This document shows positions 62,369 to 64,000 of a stretch of 64,000 nt of DNA, piece by piece. Below the pieces are notes generated by a model, which was not told the origin of the DNA, made no database searches, and saw only the letters and a program-made list of their open reading frames with translations. A program made the position numbers and the translations under genes. Source of the DNA: an uncultured delta proteobacterium. Its GTDB lineage: Bacteria; Myxococcota_A; Polyangia; Polyangiales; Polyangiaceae. Numbering within the stretch: position 1 is the stretch's first letter; the number at the start of each line of letters is the position of its first letter. The stretch is from positions 96,001 to 160,000 of the forward strand of contig CAVOKF010000001.1 of the NCBI GenBank assembly GCA_963696385.1, in the 5' to 3' direction.

Positions 62369-62970
62369 AAAGCCTGAAGCACGGCGCGCTCGCGAGTCCC
62401 ATCGCCGGGGTCGCGGCGACGTGGTCGGCCATCGCCTTTGCGGTGCCGGCGCCCACCGAAGACATCCGCGACATCCGTCCCCTGATCTTGTTTCCATCCT
62501 GGTGGCCCTGGGTGGCCGTCGCGATCGCGGCCAGTCTGCTGCTCTTGGCCACCGCCCTTGCGATTCACGTTTGGAAACGCCGCTCGGCGCGACCTTTGAC
62601 GCCCGAGGACCAAGCCCGACGCGCGCTCGCCAAAGCCGAATCGCTTGCGCGGCAGGGGCGCGCTCGCGAGTGGGCCAACATCGTCGCTCCGACGCTGCGG
62701 ACGGCGCTATCGGCCCGGCTCGGGCAGGACGCTTCGCCGATCACCACGAGCGAGCTCGCCTCCGCAGCCTGGGTGCAATCGCCTCGCGGCGTCGAGGTCG
62801 ATGCTCCACGGCTGATCGACATTCTGTCGACTTGCGATCTCACCCGGTTCGCGATGGCACGCCTCGAGGCCGACTCGCTCGTCGCCTCGACGCAAGCGGC
62901 ACGCGACTGGATCACGCGGCTCTTCGCCGCTGCCAAGCCCTCACCCGCGAGCCCCCCGGTGACCCCATGA
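62365..62970 (+). CDS. Single-TM accessory protein of the MoxR/Bat operon (DUF4381-like)
   Basis: DIRDIRP, TM helix, TTSEL, CDLTRFA; GTGA coupling. Confidence 0.75.
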   Translation: MKSLKHGALASPIAGVAATWSAIAFAVPAPTEDIRDIRPLILFPSWWPWVAVAIAASLLLLATALAIHVWKRRSARPLTPEDQARRALAKAESLARQGRAREWANIVAPTLRTALSARLGQDASPITTSELASAAWVQSPRGVEVDAPRLIDILSTCDLTRFAMARLEADSLVASTQAARDWITRLFAAAKPSPASPPVTP

Positions 62971-63968
62971 TTCATTTCCAGCATCCCGCGGCATTGCTTC
63001 TGCTCGTCCCGTTGTTCCTTTTGGCTTGGTGGTCGGGTCGCTCGGGACGCCCGAGCGCCATCACGCATTCGAATACGGAGCTCGTTCGGTCCGTCGCTCG
63101 GGTGCGGCGGACCCGCTGGGGGCGACTATTGCCGCATCTGCGCTGGATTTGCGCTGCGCTGTTCGTCGTCGCCCTGGCACGACCCGACGTCGAACACAGA
63201 CAGGCGGCGGTCCACGCTTCCGGCGTCGACATCATGCTGGCGGTCGACGTGAGCGGCTCGATGCAGGCCCGCGACATGATCGGGCCCCACGGGGCAACCA
63301 GTCGGCTCGACGCCGCCAAGGACGTCGTGGGTCGATTCGTCCGGGACCGTACAAGCGATCGCATCGGCCTCGTCGCCTTTTCGGGGGAACCGTACCTCGT
63401 CAGCCCGCTCACCCTCGATCACGATTGGGTGTTGCAAGGCCTCGAGCGCCTCGACGCCGCCGAAGCCGCCGACGGCACGGCCATCGGATCGGCCATCGCA
63501 TCCGGGGTGCGCCGGCTCGACGCCCAGGACGCCCAATCGAAAATCATGGTGCTCTTGACCGACGGGCAGAACAACGCCGGAAGGATCTCCCCCGCTGCCG
63601 CGGCCGAGGCCGCCCGCGCGCTCGGTGTGAAAGTCTACACGATCGGCGTCGGATCGGCGGGCGAAGCCCTCGTCCCCGTGACCAACGATCGAGGGCAAGA
63701 GCAAATGGTCAAGGCGCGCGTCGACGTCGACGAGACGAGCATGAAAGAGGTCGCTGCAGTGACCGGTGGCACCTTCTACCGCGCCACGGACACCGCATCG
63801 CTGCGAGACGTCTATGCGGCCATCGACCGATCGGAGAAGACGACGCGCACGCTGCACGCCTTCACCGACCACGAAGAGCGCTTCGCCTGGTTCGCCGCCC
63901 CCGGGCTGTTTTTCCTGCTCGGAGAGCTCGGCCTGTCCGCCACTCGCTTTCGCCGCGTCCCCTCTTGA
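62967..63968 (+). CDS. batA: BatA-like VWA-domain protein
   Basis: FQHP.LLLL, ALARP, MIDAS DVSGSM, DRIGLVAF, PLTLD, GTAIG, LLTDGQNNAG. Confidence 0.9.
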   Translation: MIHFQHPAALLLLVPLFLLAWWSGRSGRPSAITHSNTELVRSVARVRRTRWGRLLPHLRWICAALFVVALARPDVEHRQAAVHASGVDIMLAVDVSGSMQARDMIGPHGATSRLDAAKDVVGRFVRDRTSDRIGLVAFSGEPYLVSPLTLDHDWVLQGLERLDAAEAADGTAIGSAIASGVRRLDAQDAQSKIMVLLTDGQNNAGRISPAAAAEAARALGVKVYTIGVGSAGEALVPVTNDRGQEQMVKARVDVDETSMKEVAAVTGGTFYRATDTASLRDVYAAIDRSEKTTRTLHAFTDHEERFAWFAAPGLFFLLGELGLSATRFRRVPS

Positions 63969-63985
63969 CACACGGAGACTGACCC

Positions 63986-64000
63986 ATGCGATTCGCAGAA
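63986..64000 (+). CDS. Start of next gene (MRFAE...), probably BatB-like; truncated by the window edge
   Basis: GGAG RBS and ATG at 63986; only five codons visible. Confidence 0.4.

Overview
High-GC bacterial DNA. Gene content (sigma54/NtrC regulation, many lipoproteins, MoxR-VWA operon) suggests a myxobacterium-like deltaproteobacterium; this is inference only. I found no rRNA, tRNA, CRISPR array, transposase or prophage. Layout: (1) 1-13.8 kb: phosphoketolase, class I aldolase, CBS protein, MFS exporter, MCE/Mla ABC system, transglutaminase-like protein, histidine kinase and a FadL-like barrel. (2) 13.9-20.4 kb: a respiratory operon with a caa3-type oxidase (subunits I+III fused, subunit II + cytochrome c), CtaG, Rieske protein and a cytochrome b-cytochrome c fusion. 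(3) 20.6-29.5 kb: a divergently attached multiheme cluster with about 61 heme-c motifs in five proteins. It includes a collagen-stalk lipoprotein cytochrome, a CX4CH/CXXCH cytochrome, an about 25-heme protein split by one extra base, a 13-heme lipoprotein next to an outer-membrane barrel, a NapC/NirT-type quinol dehydrogenase and a His-Pro repeat protein. Together these look like a porin-cytochrome electron conduit tied to an O2-reducing chain. (4) 33-49 kb: an apparent acid-resistance island with a P3A H+-ATPase carrying an 18x octapeptide tail, a lipoprotein with tandem HdeA domains, two CLC transporters plus a deleted remnant of a third, a DUF2156/MprF-like enzyme, DoxX and glgX. (5) 49-64 kb: two-component and sigma54 regulators, an OmpA lipoprotein, an orphan MotA/MotB-like pair, KGG and BON stress proteins and a MoxR/DUF58/BatA operon. 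Start codons were chosen by eye and families were assigned from motifs, not from database searches.
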